Positions 7,800 through 19,246 of a DNA stretch of 64,000 nucleotides are shown here, piece by piece. The stretch is taken from assembly GCA_965242695.1 (NCBI GenBank), contig CBDESU010000002.1:96001-160000 (forward strand), read 5' to 3'. The position numbers and the translations under genes are program-made. The stretch comes from Cenarchaeum sp. (GTDB taxonomy: Archaea; Thermoproteota; Nitrososphaeria; Nitrososphaerales; Nitrosopumilaceae). Position 1 is the first letter of the stretch. Each line of letters begins with the position of its first letter. Under the pieces are notes generated by a model, which saw nothing but the letters and a program-made list of their open reading frames with translations, was not told where the DNA came from and did not search any database.

Positions 7800-8025
7800 C
7801 CTTGGTTGAGGCCAGTATGGCCGATCGATCACAGTGTATGGACAGTTCTTGCCGTCTGCAACTACATATCGAACGTCCACGCCATCGCGCGGCCCCAGGT
7901 CGAGCCGGCCGGCCCCTGCCGCGGCGCCCGCGTAGTGGACGCGTCGCCAGATCCGCCTGCCTGCGCGCTCCCTTGCCCCAGCGGACCAATGACGGTTTAA
8001 ATGGAAAACGCCGGCGCGCTCCCGC

Positions 8026-9051
8026 ATGATCGTCATCGACGAGGAGCGCATGCGCGAGATCATACGCGAGAGCTCGCCGGCGTCGGTGGCCCTCAACGGC
8101 CCCGAGGGGATGCTGCCGCAGGTGCAGCGCGCCGCCTCGTCCATATCCGACGAGTTCGGCATACCTGCGTACGTCCTCGGCGATGCCACATGGGGCGCGT
8201 GCGACCTGAACATGGCCGGCGCCCGCACCCTTGCCGCCGACATACTGTTCAACATCGGGCACACCGTCAGCACCGAGCAGGTCGGAAGGGGCGCGTACAT
8301 GATAAACGCCTACGACGACGTGCGGTTCGACGCGGTGGCCGCAAGGGCCGCGGCCCTCCTCGCCGGCCGGACGGTCTCGCTGCTCACCGACAGCCAGCAC
8401 CTGGACCAGGTCGATGCCGTCAGGGGCGCGCTCGAGGCCGGCGGCGCGTCCGTCGTCGTCGGCCAGGGAAGGGGTCAGCTCAACGACGGGCAGGTGTTCG
8501 GGTGCGAGTTCTATCCGGCCCTCGATGCGGCCGGGCAGGGCCCCCGCGGCGAAGAGGGGAAAAGGGCGGCAGACTGCAACGCCTTCATGGGCCAGAGCAC
8601 GTTCCACGCAGCCGGCGTGGCCCTGGCCACCGGCCTGCCCACGTACGTCCTCGACCCGTACTTTGGCGAGGTCCGCGACGTGACCGAGTTTGCCGCCGGC
8701 CTGCGCAAAAAGGCGACCCTTGCCGTGTACAAGGCAGCCGAGGCCGAGTCGTTCGGCGTCGTCGTCGGGCTCAGGGACGGGCAGATGTCCAAGACCGCCG
8801 GCCTGCGCGTAAAGAAGGAGCTGGAGGCGGCCGGCAAGAGGGTCCAGCTGATCGCGCTCACCGACATTACAAACGATGCGCTGCGGCGCTTTGCGGGGAT
8901 CGACGCGTTCGTCCAGTCTGCCTGCCCGCGCATCTCGACGGACAACCGCTTTGACGTGCCCGTCCTGTCCATCCCGCAGTCCAAGGCGCTCCTCAGGGTG
9001 CTGCGCGGCGAGGAGCCCGGCGAGTACCTGCTCGCGCCGCACTGGCTCTGA
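8026..9051 (+). CDS. dph2: Diphthamide biosynthesis enzyme Dph2
   Basis: GPEG, WGACD, GQVFGC, SACPRI Fe-S cysteine motifs. Confidence 0.9.
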   Translation: MIVIDEERMREIIRESSPASVALNGPEGMLPQVQRAASSISDEFGIPAYVLGDATWGACDLNMAGARTLAADILFNIGHTVSTEQVGRGAYMINAYDDVRFDAVAARAAALLAGRTVSLLTDSQHLDQVDAVRGALEAGGASVVVGQGRGQLNDGQVFGCEFYPALDAAGQGPRGEEGKRAADCNAFMGQSTFHAAGVALATGLPTYVLDPYFGEVRDVTEFAAGLRKKATLAVYKAAEAESFGVVVGLRDGQMSKTAGLRVKKELEAAGKRVQLIALTDITNDALRRFAGIDAFVQSACPRISTDNRFDVPVLSIPQSKALLRVLRGEEPGEYLLAPHWL

Positions 9052-9069
9052 GCGCCGAGGCTGGGAGCC

Positions 9070-10161
9070 TCACGGCCGCATGATGATCTTGCCGAACAGC
9101 CCGCTGCCGCGCAGCATCCTGGCGTGCGCCTCGGCCGCGCGTTCCATCGGGTACACCGAGTCGACTACGGCGCGCAGGCGCCCTCGCGCCATCCATCGCA
9201 GGCCGCGCTCGAGCTCGGCGCGCGTGCCCTGCGTAGAGCCGAGCACGTTCAGGCCCTCGGAGATCAGGCGGCGCAGGTCGGTGCGCACCTCGTAGCCGGT
9301 CGTGGCCCCCGTCGTCACGACGGTGCCGCCGCGGCGCAGCAGGCGCAGCTCCCTGCCCCAGTGCGACCCGCCGATGTGCTCGTAGATGACGTCGATGCAT
9401 CCGCCGTCCCCGCCGCGCCCCCTCGACCGGGCCAGGCCGGACGCGATGCGGCGCACCTCCTCGTCCCAGCCGCCTGAGCGGTGGTCGACGGCATGGTCGG
9501 CGCCGATCTCTAGGCACCGGTCGAGCTTGCCGGGGCCCGCGGTCGCGATCACGTCGCACCCGTGCAGCTTTGCAATCTGCACGCCGAACATGCCCATGCC
9601 GGACCCGCCGCCCATCACCAGGACGGTCTGGCCCGGCCGCACGCCGGCGCGCCCGACGAGCATGTGCCAGGACGTGGTCATCGTCATCGAGGCGGCCGCG
9701 GCCTCGTCGTACCCGACCCCGTCGGGGATCGGGACTGCGTTGTGCTCGGGCAGGTGCGCAAGCTCGCAGTAGCCGCCCCACAGCGGCCCCGTCTGGAATC
9801 CCCACACGAGCCGCCTGCGGCAGTCGTACTCGCGGCCGGCCGTGCACATGCGGCACACGCGGCACGACAGGTTGCCGTGCGAGACGACGCGGTCGCCCGG
9901 CTTCAGCGCAGTCACCCCGGCGCCGACCTCGACGACGTCGCCGGCGGCATCGGTGCCCGACACGTGCGGCATCGGCACGCCAATCGGCTTGCCGCGCATC
10001 CCCCAGATGTCGTCGTGGTTCAGGGCGGCGGCGCGCACGCGGAAGACGACCTCGCCCGGGCGCGCCCGCGGCGGGTCGATGTCCCTCACCGACAGGATCG
10101 ACGCAAAGTCGTCGTCCTCGGCGTACCTGTCGTACACGAGGGCCCGCACGGGGCCGCGCAT
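9070..10161 (-). CDS. Zn-binding medium-chain dehydrogenase/reductase
   Basis: CRVCRMC..C structural Zn site, GGGSGMG nucleotide-binding motif, GKII C-terminus. Confidence 0.85.
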   Translation of the reverse strand: MRGPVRALVYDRYAEDDDFASILSVRDIDPPRARPGEVVFRVRAAALNHDDIWGMRGKPIGVPMPHVSGTDAAGDVVEVGAGVTALKPGDRVVSHGNLSCRVCRMCTAGREYDCRRRLVWGFQTGPLWGGYCELAHLPEHNAVPIPDGVGYDEAAAASMTMTTSWHMLVGRAGVRPGQTVLVMGGGSGMGMFGVQIAKLHGCDVIATAGPGKLDRCLEIGADHAVDHRSGGWDEEVRRIASGLARSRGRGGDGGCIDVIYEHIGGSHWGRELRLLRRGGTVVTTGATTGYEVRTDLRRLISEGLNVLGSTQGTRAELERGLRWMARGRLRAVVDSVYPMERAAEAHARMLRGSGLFGKIIMRP

Positions 10162-10202
10162 GCCGCTAAACGGTTATAATTGAACCCGGCGCGGCGCGCG
10201 CC

Positions 10203-10766
10203 GTGCAGGAAGGGGGCCGCACCATACTGCCCGGCGAGGCGATCGCATCGATAGAGGAGTACGAGGCAGGGCCGAACACGTTCGACGACGGGGACAGGGT
10301 CAGGGCCGCGGCCGTCGGCACGGCCGAGGTGGACAGGGCCGAGAGGGTTGCAAGGGTGTCGACGCCGGTGCGGATGCACGTGCCCGACGTCGGCGACACC
10401 GTGGTCGGCACGGTCGCCATCGTCATGTCGGCGATGTTCGCCGTCGCCATCCGGTACGTCAACGGCAGGGCCGTCACGTCGAACGTAGAGTGCGTCTGCT
10501 CTACGCGCGACTCGCGCCGCCGCATGATCGCGCTCAACGGCGACGTCGTCGCGCTGCGCATACTCAGCCGCATCAACGGGACGATGCATGCGACGATCGA
10601 CGAGCCCGAGCTCGGCGTGCTGTTCACAAAGTGCCGCAAGTGCGGCATGGGCGTGATCACTGTCCGCGACGGCGTAAAGTGCGCCGAGTGCGGCTGGTTT
10701 GACGAGCGCAAGCTCTCGACGAACTTTGGCAGCGACCAGGCTGCCATCGGCGCGGCCGGTGCGTAG
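10203..10766 (+). CDS. csl4: Exosome RNA-binding subunit Csl4
   Basis: ILPGE start, S1 domain, ELGV..CRKCG..CAECG..RKLS. Confidence 0.9.
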   Translation: MQEGGRTILPGEAIASIEEYEAGPNTFDDGDRVRAAAVGTAEVDRAERVARVSTPVRMHVPDVGDTVVGTVAIVMSAMFAVAIRYVNGRAVTSNVECVCSTRDSRRRMIALNGDVVALRILSRINGTMHATIDEPELGVLFTKCRKCGMGVITVRDGVKCAECGWFDERKLSTNFGSDQAAIGAAGA

Positions 10767-10767
10767 C

Positions 10768-11691
10768 ATGGCCCCCGGCGGCGCGGCCGTCCGCGCCGCG
10801 TTCCAGGGCGAGCCCGGCGCGTACAGCGACGGCGCCGCGGTGGCCTTCTTTGGCGGGCAGGATCGCGTCAGGACCGTCCCATGCCAGACCATGGCCGCGG
10901 CCGTGGGCAGCGCAGAGGCCGGCGAGGCCGACTGCGCCGTCGTGCCCGTGGAGAACTCGATAGAGGGCAGCGTCGGCGAGAGCAACGACCTGCTGCGCAC
11001 TACGGGGCTGCGCGCGTTCGGCGAGGCGTACCACCGGATCGAGCACTGCCTCATCGGGCACGGCGCCGTCGGCGACGTTCGCACCGTGTACTCGCACCCG
11101 CAGGCGCTCGGGCAGTGCCGCCGGTTCGTCGAGAAAATGGGCTGGTGCGCCGTCCCCGCGTACGACACGGCCGGCAGCGCAATGATGGTCGCCGGGATGG
11201 GCCCCGCCCGCACGGATGCCGCGTGCATCGCGAGCAGGCGCGCGGCCGAGGTGCACGGCGTGCCCGTCATTCGCACGGGGATAATGGACAGCGGCGACAA
11301 CTACACCAGGTTCCTCGTCCTCGGCAGGGCGGACGGGCCGGGCGGCGGGCCGGGCGGCGCGCTGGCCGATGCGCTGGCGGGCCGCGAGGGCGGGGCAGGG
11401 CGGGCCGCATCAAAGACCTCGATCGTCTTTTCCGTAAGGGACGAGCCGGGCGCGCTCGGCAGGATAGTCGGCGCGCTCGGCAGGCGCGGCATAAACATGA
11501 CGAGGATCGAGTCGAGGCCGACGCGCAGCGCCGCGTGGGAGTACAACTTTTTCATCGACTTTGAGGGCCGCGAGGGCGAGGCGGACGCCGATGCGGCCCT
11601 TGCCGAGGTCGGAAGGGATGCGCTGTTCCTCAGGGTCGTCGGGTCGTACCCAGCCGCTCCGGCGCCGGCATCGGGCCGCCGCGCATCCTAG
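10768..11691 (+). CDS. pheA: Prephenate dehydratase
   Basis: FQGEPGAYS, PVENSIEG, SHPQALGQC, NYTRF, ACT domain IESRP. Confidence 0.92.
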   Translation: MAPGGAAVRAAFQGEPGAYSDGAAVAFFGGQDRVRTVPCQTMAAAVGSAEAGEADCAVVPVENSIEGSVGESNDLLRTTGLRAFGEAYHRIEHCLIGHGAVGDVRTVYSHPQALGQCRRFVEKMGWCAVPAYDTAGSAMMVAGMGPARTDAACIASRRAAEVHGVPVIRTGIMDSGDNYTRFLVLGRADGPGGGPGGALADALAGREGGAGRAASKTSIVFSVRDEPGALGRIVGALGRRGINMTRIESRPTRSAAWEYNFFIDFEGREGEADADAALAEVGRDALFLRVVGSYPAAPAPASGRRAS

Positions 11692-12155
11692 AACCCGCGC
11701 GGGTGGCGCAGGCTGAACGCGGCGCTGAACCCCATGATCACCACGCCCGAGATCATGACTAGCACGTGGTACGTAAAGTAGATCGGGTCGGTCGTCACCT
11801 GGGCGGCCCCCGCTATGACCATCTCCGAGGGGCCCGTGTTGCGCACGTGGACGATGCTCTCGCCGCTCTCCTCGTGCGTCCAGTCCAGGGAGGTGCGGTC
11901 CCGGTACGACGCGAGCGGCGCCTGCACGCCGGCCCCGGGGCTGCTCATCTCCAGCTCGAACAGGTCGGCCGTGACGGCAAGGTGCTGCCGCGCGCCAGCC
12001 TCGGCCGAGAACCTGTACGACGTCTGCTCGCCGGCGGCGAACGTCTCGTCGATGATGACCTCCTGGAGTCCGAGGTCGAGCAGGAACGAGGTCGCGCCGA
12101 TCGCGATTATGGCGGTGCCGGCGATCATGCCCACAAGGGTCTTGCCCGTGATCAC
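11688..12155 (-). CDS. Hypothetical membrane protein (N- and C-terminal TM helices)
   Basis: Hydrophobic termini around a beta-rich core; GTG start with an upstream TTTTAT element. Confidence 0.65.
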   Translation of the reverse strand: MITGKTLVGMIAGTAIIAIGATSFLLDLGLQEVIIDETFAAGEQTSYRFSAEAGARQHLAVTADLFELEMSSPGAGVQAPLASYRDRTSLDWTHEESGESIVHVRNTGPSEMVIAGAAQVTTDPIYFTYHVLVMISGVVIMGFSAAFSLRHPRGF

Positions 12156-12222
12156 GGGGGCGGCGGCGGGGCGCCCCGATAAAAGTCGAGCGCTTCGGCG
12201 CCCCGGCCGGCGGCGGGGCGCC

Positions 12223-13692
12223 CTAGGCGACCGACACGTCGTGCGGCTGGCTCTCGGCAAAGCCGGCGCGCGACATCTTGACGAACTCGGCGCTCGCCTG
12301 CATCTGGGGTATGGTCCGCGCCCCGCAGTAGCTCAGGCCCGAGCGGATGCCGCCGGTCAGCTGCTTGAGTATGTCGACGACGCTGCCCTTGTGGGGAACC
12401 ATCGCCTCGACGCCCTCGGCGACGTAGTCGTTGAGGTCGCCGTCCCCGTCGCCGTCGTAGGCGGCCGAGGAGCCTCCCGCCGCGCCCGGCCCGCCGCCCT
12501 CCTTGGAGCGGCGGCCGAGCGAGGCGCCGAGCGAGGCCATTCCCCTGTACACCTTGAACCGCTTGCCGTTCTTTGTGAGGACCGAGCCGGGCGACTCGTC
12601 GGTCCCGCCGAGTATGCTGCCGGCCATGACCGACGAGGCGCCCGCCGCAAGGGCCTTTGTCGCATCGCCCGACGTGCGCGTGCCGCCGTCCGATATGACG
12701 GGAATGCCGCTGTCGCGCGCGGCCTCGGCGCAGTCGAGGACGGCCGTAAGCTGCGGCACGCCCGAGCCCGTCACGACGCGCGTTATGCAGATCGAGCCGG
12801 ACCCGACGCCGACCTTTACGGCGTCGACGCCGGCCCGTATCAGGTCCCGGGCCCCGTCCGCCGTGGCCACGTTGCCGGCGATGAGCTCGCAGTCCGGGAA
12901 CGCCCTCTTGATGTTGCGCACGGCGTTGATCGCGTTGCTGCTGTGGCCGTGCGCGATGTCGACGACGATGACGTCGGCTCCGGCGGCGAGCAGCGACTCG
13001 GTGCGCTCCATAAAGTCGCCCTTTACCCCGACGGCCGCGCCGACGAGCGGGCGGCCCTTTTTGTCCTTTGACGCGTCCGGGTACCGATCCACGTCGCGTA
13101 TGTCCTTGCCTGTGATCAGGCCCCGTATGGCGCCGGCGCCGTCCACTATGGGAAGCTTTTCGATGCGCTCCCTGTGCAGCACGGCCTTTGCGTCCTCTGG
13201 GGCGATGCCGGGCTTTTCCGTAATGACGCTCCTTGTCATGACGTCGCGGACCGGCGCATCCAGGCCCGGCGCGAACCGCATGTCCCTGCTCGTCAGTATC
13301 CCGACGAGCCGCGAGCCGGGCCCCGCCACGAGCAGGCCCGAGACGCCGCGCTCGGCGGCGTACGCGGCGGCCTCGCCGATGGTCTGGTCTGGGCCGACCG
13401 TGTAGGGGTTCTCGATTACGACGCTGCCCGACCTCTTTGCGCGCAGCACCTCGGCCGACTGGTCGGCGACCGTGAGGAAGCGGTGGACGATGCCGATGCC
13501 TCCGGCCCGGGCCATGGCGACTGCCATGGCAGACTCGGTCACGGTGTCCATGTTGGCGCTCACGAGCGGGATGCGCAGCGAGATGTTGCGCGACAGGCGC
13601 GTCCCCAGGTCGACCTGCGACCGGCTCGTAATGTCCGAGTAGCGCGGGACGAGCAGGACGTCGTCAAAGGTCAGGCCGTCGCGGAATTCCAT
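12223..13692 (-). CDS. guaB: IMP dehydrogenase
   Basis: [39 protein letters not shown] pair. Confidence 0.96.
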   Translation of the reverse strand: MEFRDGLTFDDVLLVPRYSDITSRSQVDLGTRLSRNISLRIPLVSANMDTVTESAMAVAMARAGGIGIVHRFLTVADQSAEVLRAKRSGSVVIENPYTVGPDQTIGEAAAYAAERGVSGLLVAGPGSRLVGILTSRDMRFAPGLDAPVRDVMTRSVITEKPGIAPEDAKAVLHRERIEKLPIVDGAGAIRGLITGKDIRDVDRYPDASKDKKGRPLVGAAVGVKGDFMERTESLLAAGADVIVVDIAHGHSSNAINAVRNIKRAFPDCELIAGNVATADGARDLIRAGVDAVKVGVGSGSICITRVVTGSGVPQLTAVLDCAEAARDSGIPVISDGGTRTSGDATKALAAGASSVMAGSILGGTDESPGSVLTKNGKRFKVYRGMASLGASLGRRSKEGGGPGAAGGSSAAYDGDGDGDLNDYVAEGVEAMVPHKGSVVDILKQLTGGIRSGLSYCGARTIPQMQASAEFVKMSRAGFAESQPHDVSVA

Positions 13693-13898
13693 GTGCCCTT
13701 TCGGGGCGCCGCAAAAATCGTAATAAGCCTTTGTCGGGCCGGCGGCGGGATCCGCGAGGGGCGGCCCGATGGGGCGCCGCGCAGGTCGTCCCCTCGCCCC
13801 CATGCCCCCGCCCGGCGGGGGCGGGCGGGCCAGGCGGCGGGGGCGGGCGGCTCCAGCCCGCCCGCCCCCCCCCCCACGGGCCTGCGCGCACGGCGTTG

Positions 13899-14007
13899 CT
13901 ACCCGGGACGGGCCAGGCGGCGGGGGCGGGCGGCCTCAAGCCCGCGTCCGAGAGCCCGACAGTCAAGGGACTACCCGGGACGGGCCAGGCGGCGGGGGCG
14001 GGCGGCC
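13899..14007. repeat. 37-bp perfect direct repeat (13899-13935, 13971-14007) around a 35-bp insert; duplicates the folP 3' end
   Basis: ctacccgggacgggccaggcggcgggggcgggcggcc twice; a partial third copy at 13826-13851. Confidence 0.9.
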
Positions 14008-14888
14008 CTGCCCGATGCGGCCGAGGCCGCCGCGACCGCCGCGGCCGTGCCGGCCGCGCTGTGCGTGCGTATGACGTCGGCCCCGTTGAGGACGACGGCC
14101 GCCTCGCACGACAGCGAGCCGGCCGCGCGGCGGGAGGGGGCCGGGGCCCTGCCGCCCCGGCCCACCACGGCCCCTATGAACGACTTTGCCGAGGCCGAGA
14201 CGACGACCGGATAGCCGAACCGCAGGCGCCGCAGGTCCCGTACGATGGACAGGTCGCGCCGCGCCCAGGAACCGCGGGCCGCGCGGCCGCCCCGGCCCGT
14301 GCGCGTAAAGAGGCGCCCCCTGCCGGTCCCGCGGAAGAACCCGAGCGCCGGATCGACGGCGATCCTCGAGCGCGGCACCCCTGCATCCCTGGCGATCTCG
14401 ACGCTGCCCTCGAGGAGCGCGCGCGTCTCGCGCCAGCCGCCATCCTCGGCCCGCGACGCGTGGGCGCACACGACGACGGAGGCGCCGTGCCGGGCCGCCG
14501 CGCCGCGCAATTCGGGGTCGTACCGCAGGCCCGTCACGTCGTTGACTATGGATGCGCCGCGCTCAAGGGCCGCCTCGGCCGGCGCGGCGCGGCACGTGTC
14601 GACCGAGACGGGCAGGGACGTGGCCGAGCGGGCCGCCTCGGCTGCCATGGCCACGCGCGCGGCCTCTTCTTTCTCCGGGATCATCGTGTCGAGGTACGGC
14701 GCAGTCGACATGCCGCCGACGTCTATGATGTCGGCCCCCTCGCGCTGCATGCGGGCCGCGGCGGCTGCGACGGCCCGCCGCGTCGTCCTCACCGATGCGC
14801 CGTAGAACGACTCTGGGCTCGCGTTGATGATCCCCATTACAAGGACGGGGGCCGCCCCGCCCGCCCTCGCCCCGCCCAGATGCGCCAC
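13971..14888 (-). CDS. folP: Dihydropteroate synthase
   Basis: MGIINASPESFY, DIIDVGGMST, SVDT, NDVTG, DPALGF, SAKSF, IRTH. Confidence 0.9.
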   Translation of the reverse strand: MAHLGGARAGGAAPVLVMGIINASPESFYGASVRTTRRAVAAAAARMQREGADIIDVGGMSTAPYLDTMIPEKEEAARVAMAAEAARSATSLPVSVDTCRAAPAEAALERGASIVNDVTGLRYDPELRGAAARHGASVVVCAHASRAEDGGWRETRALLEGSVEIARDAGVPRSRIAVDPALGFFRGTGRGRLFTRTGRGGRAARGSWARRDLSIVRDLRRLRFGYPVVVSASAKSFIGAVVGRGGRAPAPSRRAAGSLSCEAAVVLNGADVIRTHSAAGTAAAVAAASAASGRAARPRRLARPG

Positions 14889-14921
14889 AGGTTTATCACA
14901 TGCGGGCCGGATTTGAACCGT

Positions 14922-15800
14922 GTGGCGCACGCGGCGGGGGTGGGGGCGGGGGGCGTGGGGCGCCGCCCTGTCCGCAGGGGATGGATGCCCAGGTACCGCC
15001 GGATACTCGCCGAGTTCGGGTACAGTGAGCGCAGGGACCGCGAGGCGGCCGCGCGGCTCGATGCGGCGCTCGCCGGCCCGCTCCCCGCCGCCCGCGTCGG
15101 CGAGATCGTCAGGGGCAGGACCGCAATAGTGGCCGGCGCCGGCCCGTCCCTGCACCGGCTTGCCGGCGCGCTGCAAAGGCGCGGCATGCCGCAGGGGGCG
15201 GCCCTCGTGTCGGCCGACAGCGCGACCGGCGCGCTGCTAGATGCCGGCGCCGTCCCCGATATAGTCGTGACCGACCTTGACGGCGGCCGGCGCAGCCTGG
15301 AGAGGGCGGCGGATGCGGGATCCGCAATGGTCGTCCACGCGCACGGCGACAACATTGCAGAGATCGCCTGGGCGGCGTCCCGGCTCGGCCGCAGGTGCAT
15401 GGGCACGGCGCAGTGCAGGCCGGTCGGCTCGCTGCACAACTTTGGGGGGTTTACCGACGGGGACAGGGCCGCGTTCCTTGCAGACTCGCTCGGGGCGTCG
15501 CGCATCGTGTTGTGCGGGATGGACCTGTCCGGCGGCCGCATAGGGTCGGCATCGGCCACGCCGGCGTCCGCCCGCGCCGCCAAGCTCGGAAAGCTCGCCT
15601 GGGCAAGGCGCCTGCTCGAGTGGCTCGCGCAGACGTCGCAGTGCGGCCTGCTTACGGCCTCGGACGGGCCGATCGAGGGGTTCGGGAGGGCCGGCATCGG
15701 CGGCATGTGCGAATGGGGCGCGCGGCGGGAGCGCGGCGATGTGGGAGGCGTTCCGGCACGGGGGACGGGGCGGCGGGCGGATGCGCGCGCAAGTCACTGA
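14922..15800 (+). CDS. mptE: 6-hydroxymethylpterin diphosphokinase MptE-like (DUF115)
   Basis: GAGPSL, VTDLDG, HAHGDN, NFGGFTDGDRA; divergent from folP; start approximate. Confidence 0.8.
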   Translation: MAHAAGVGAGGVGRRPVRRGWMPRYRRILAEFGYSERRDREAAARLDAALAGPLPAARVGEIVRGRTAIVAGAGPSLHRLAGALQRRGMPQGAALVSADSATGALLDAGAVPDIVVTDLDGGRRSLERAADAGSAMVVHAHGDNIAEIAWAASRLGRRCMGTAQCRPVGSLHNFGGFTDGDRAAFLADSLGASRIVLCGMDLSGGRIGSASATPASARAAKLGKLAWARRLLEWLAQTSQCGLLTASDGPIEGFGRAGIGGMCEWGARRERGDVGGVPARGTGRRADARASH

Positions 15801-15837
15801 CGAATGCGTTTTATAGCTCGCAGGGTGGTGCGGCGGC

Positions 15838-16536
15838 ATGGCACCCCCCACGGGCGAGGACAGGGTGCGGTCGATCCTGGCGGTCAAGGAGTACGTGGCC
15901 AAGAAGATCGAAGAGTACGAGGCCGAGATCGAGATGCTGCGCAGCAACCTAGAGCTGCTCGACTCGACCCTGACAAGGTCCAGCTTTGCAAAGGCGTCCG
16001 ACCTGCTGCGCGGGGAGGGCGCCGCGCCCGACTCGGGAGCGGGGGAGGGCGCCGCAGGCCCCGCATCCGGCGCAGGCGGGGCGGCCGAGGGGCGCGGGAG
16101 CGGGGCCGCCCCGGGCGACCCCGGCGCAGGCGGGGCGGCGGAAATGACGTCGATTGTCGGGCCCGGCGGCCAGGTCCTTGCAAGGGCGCACGTCACGGAC
16201 GACAGGGTGTCGATCGTAATGGCCGACGGCATCGACGTCGATGCCGAGTCGGACCAGATACAGGAGTTTCTCCTGGGCAAGGTGGTCGGCAGGATGAAGC
16301 GCGAGGACGCGGTGGCCGTCGAGGACGGCAAGATCGAGGCCGGCGAGACGGTCGACGTCAAGGTAGAGTCGGACGGGGCTCGCCTCGTGTCCATTACCGT
16401 CAGCAGGTACCGCGAGCGGGAGAGGTCCAACGAGATCGTCGGCACGGCCAGGTGGGCCATCAACCAGCTAGTCGGCGGGGCGGCATCCGGATCGTCCCAG
16501 TCTGCATCGCCGGCGGCCGGGGCCGGGCCGGAGTAG
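15838..16536 (+). CDS. Hypothetical protein with N-terminal coiled coil
   Basis: Typical codon usage; TTTTATA upstream; coiled coil followed by alpha/beta domain. Confidence 0.7.
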   Translation: MAPPTGEDRVRSILAVKEYVAKKIEEYEAEIEMLRSNLELLDSTLTRSSFAKASDLLRGEGAAPDSGAGEGAAGPASGAGGAAEGRGSGAAPGDPGAGGAAEMTSIVGPGGQVLARAHVTDDRVSIVMADGIDVDAESDQIQEFLLGKVVGRMKREDAVAVEDGKIEAGETVDVKVESDGARLVSITVSRYRERERSNEIVGTARWAINQLVGGAASGSSQSASPAAGAGPE

Positions 16537-16550
16537 CGGGCGGTGGTTGC

Positions 16551-18095
16551 ACGGACACCATCGCCGTGCTCGACTTTGGGTCGCAGTACAGCCACCTCAT
16601 ATGCAGGCGCATACGCGACTTTTCCGTCAGGGCCGAGCTCGTTCCGTACGACACGCCGGCGGCGCGCCTCGCCGAGATGTCGCCGAAGGGGATCGTCCTG
16701 TCCGGCGGGCCGGCGAGCGTGTACGCCGGCGGCGCGCCGCGGCCCGACCCCGCCGTCTTTGATGCCGGCGTGCCTGTCCTCGGCATCTGCTACGGCCACC
16801 AGGTCATCGTCGACAGGTTCGGCGGGGCCGTAAAGAGGGCCAACCGCGAGTACGGCTCGTCCGTCCTGTCGGTGGTCGGGGGCGGCGAGGGCGGGGACGG
16901 GGGCGGCCTGCTCGACGGGCTCGGCGGCTCGACGAGGGCATGGATGAGCCACGGCGACGAGGCCGAGCGCGTGCCGGACGGGTTCGAGGTGATAGGGAGG
17001 ACGGACTCGTCGGCGGCGGCGGCCATAGCGGACACGAGCAGGTCGGTCTATGGCATCCAGTTCCACCCAGAGGTGGCCCACACCGAAAAGGGCGACCTCG
17101 TGCTGCGCAACTTTGCCGTCGGCATCTGCGGCGCAAGGCGGGAGTGGACCATGGAGGCGTTCGTCGACGAGGCCGTCGCGAGGCTCTCGCGCTCCGAGGG
17201 GCGCGTGCTGTGCGGGATCAGCGGCGGCGTCGACTCTACCGTGGCGGCCGCCCTGCTGCACCGCGCAGTCGGCGGGCGCCTCGCGTGCGTGTTCGTCGAC
17301 AACGGCCTGCTCAGGGAGGGCGAGCGCGCCGAGGTCGAGGAGGCCCTCGGCGCGAGCGGGCTGGGCCTGCCCGTCGAGTACGTCGACGCATCGGCTCGGT
17401 TCCTCGGCAGGCTCGCAGGCGTGTCCGATCCAGAGCGCAAGAGGCTCATCATAGGCGAGGAGTTTGCCGCCGTGTTCTCCGAGTTTGCCGGCGCCAACGG
17501 CCCGTTCAGGTCGCTCGCGCAGGGCACGCTGTACCCCGACGTGATAGAGAGCGGCGTCTCGGGCGGGCCGGCGGCGGTCATCAAGTCGCACCACAACGTC
17601 GGCGGCCTGCCCGACTGGCTCGGCCTCGACGTGGTCGAGCCGCTGCGCGACCTGTACAAGGACGAGGTGCGGCGCGTCGCCGGCATACTCGGCGTTCCCG
17701 ACTCGCTCGTCTGGAGGCACCCGTTCCCCGGCCCGGGCCTTGCAGTGCGCGTGATCGGGGAGGTGACGGCCGAAAAGCTCGCCATGTGCAGGCGCGCAAG
17801 CCGCATCGTCGAGGACGAGCTGCGCCGCGCCGGCCTGTACGGGTCCGTCTGGCAGGCGTACGCGGCCGTCGGCGACGACAGGGCCGTCGGCGTCGTCGGC
17901 GACGAGCGCATCTACGGCCGCATCGTAATGGTCAGGATCGTCGACTCGGTCGACGCAATGACGGCAGACTGGACAAGGGTGCCGAGCGCGGTCCTAGAGG
18001 CGATCAGCAACAGGATCACCAACGAGGTGGAGGGCGCCGCGTGGGTGACGTACGCGGTATCGAGCAAGCCGCCGGCGACGATCGAGCCGCAGTAG
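16551..18095 (+). CDS. guaA: GMP synthase (glutamine-hydrolysing); apparent ACG start
   Basis: VLDFGSQY, GICYG, QFHPE, SGGVDS, IKSHHNVGG, HPFPGPG, KPPATIE. Confidence 0.93.
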   Translation, partial: TDTIAVLDFGSQYSHLICRRIRDFSVRAELVPYDTPAARLAEMSPKGIVLSGGPASVYAGGAPRPDPAVFDAGVPVLGICYGHQVIVDRFGGAVKRANREYGSSVLSVVGGGEGGDGGGLLDGLGGSTRAWMSHGDEAERVPDGFEVIGRTDSSAAAAIADTSRSVYGIQFHPEVAHTEKGDLVLRNFAVGICGARREWTMEAFVDEAVARLSRSEGRVLCGISGGVDSTVAAALLHRAVGGRLACVFVDNGLLREGERAEVEEALGASGLGLPVEYVDASARFLGRLAGVSDPERKRLIIGEEFAAVFSEFAGANGPFRSLAQGTLYPDVIESGVSGGPAAVIKSHHNVGGLPDWLGLDVVEPLRDLYKDEVRRVAGILGVPDSLVWRHPFPGPGLAVRVIGEVTAEKLAMCRRASRIVEDELRRAGLYGSVWQAYAAVGDDRAVGVVGDERIYGRIVMVRIVDSVDAMTADWTRVPSAVLEAISNRITNEVEGAAWVTYAVSSKPPATIEPQ

Positions 18096-18097
18096 CC

Positions 18098-19159
<1,062 letters not shown>

Positions 19160-19246
19160 GGCCGGTTGCCTGGATCGCCGTAAAAATACCGTGCGGCGGG
19201 GAAGAGTGGGAAGGATGCGGCGCGGAAAGAGGGAGTCGGGGCGCGG

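Noticed and set aside
6925-9042. 705-aa ORF as a single protein
   Set aside because: The first ~425 aa are the antisense shadow of dph2 and intergenic DNA; a TATA box supports a start at 7767
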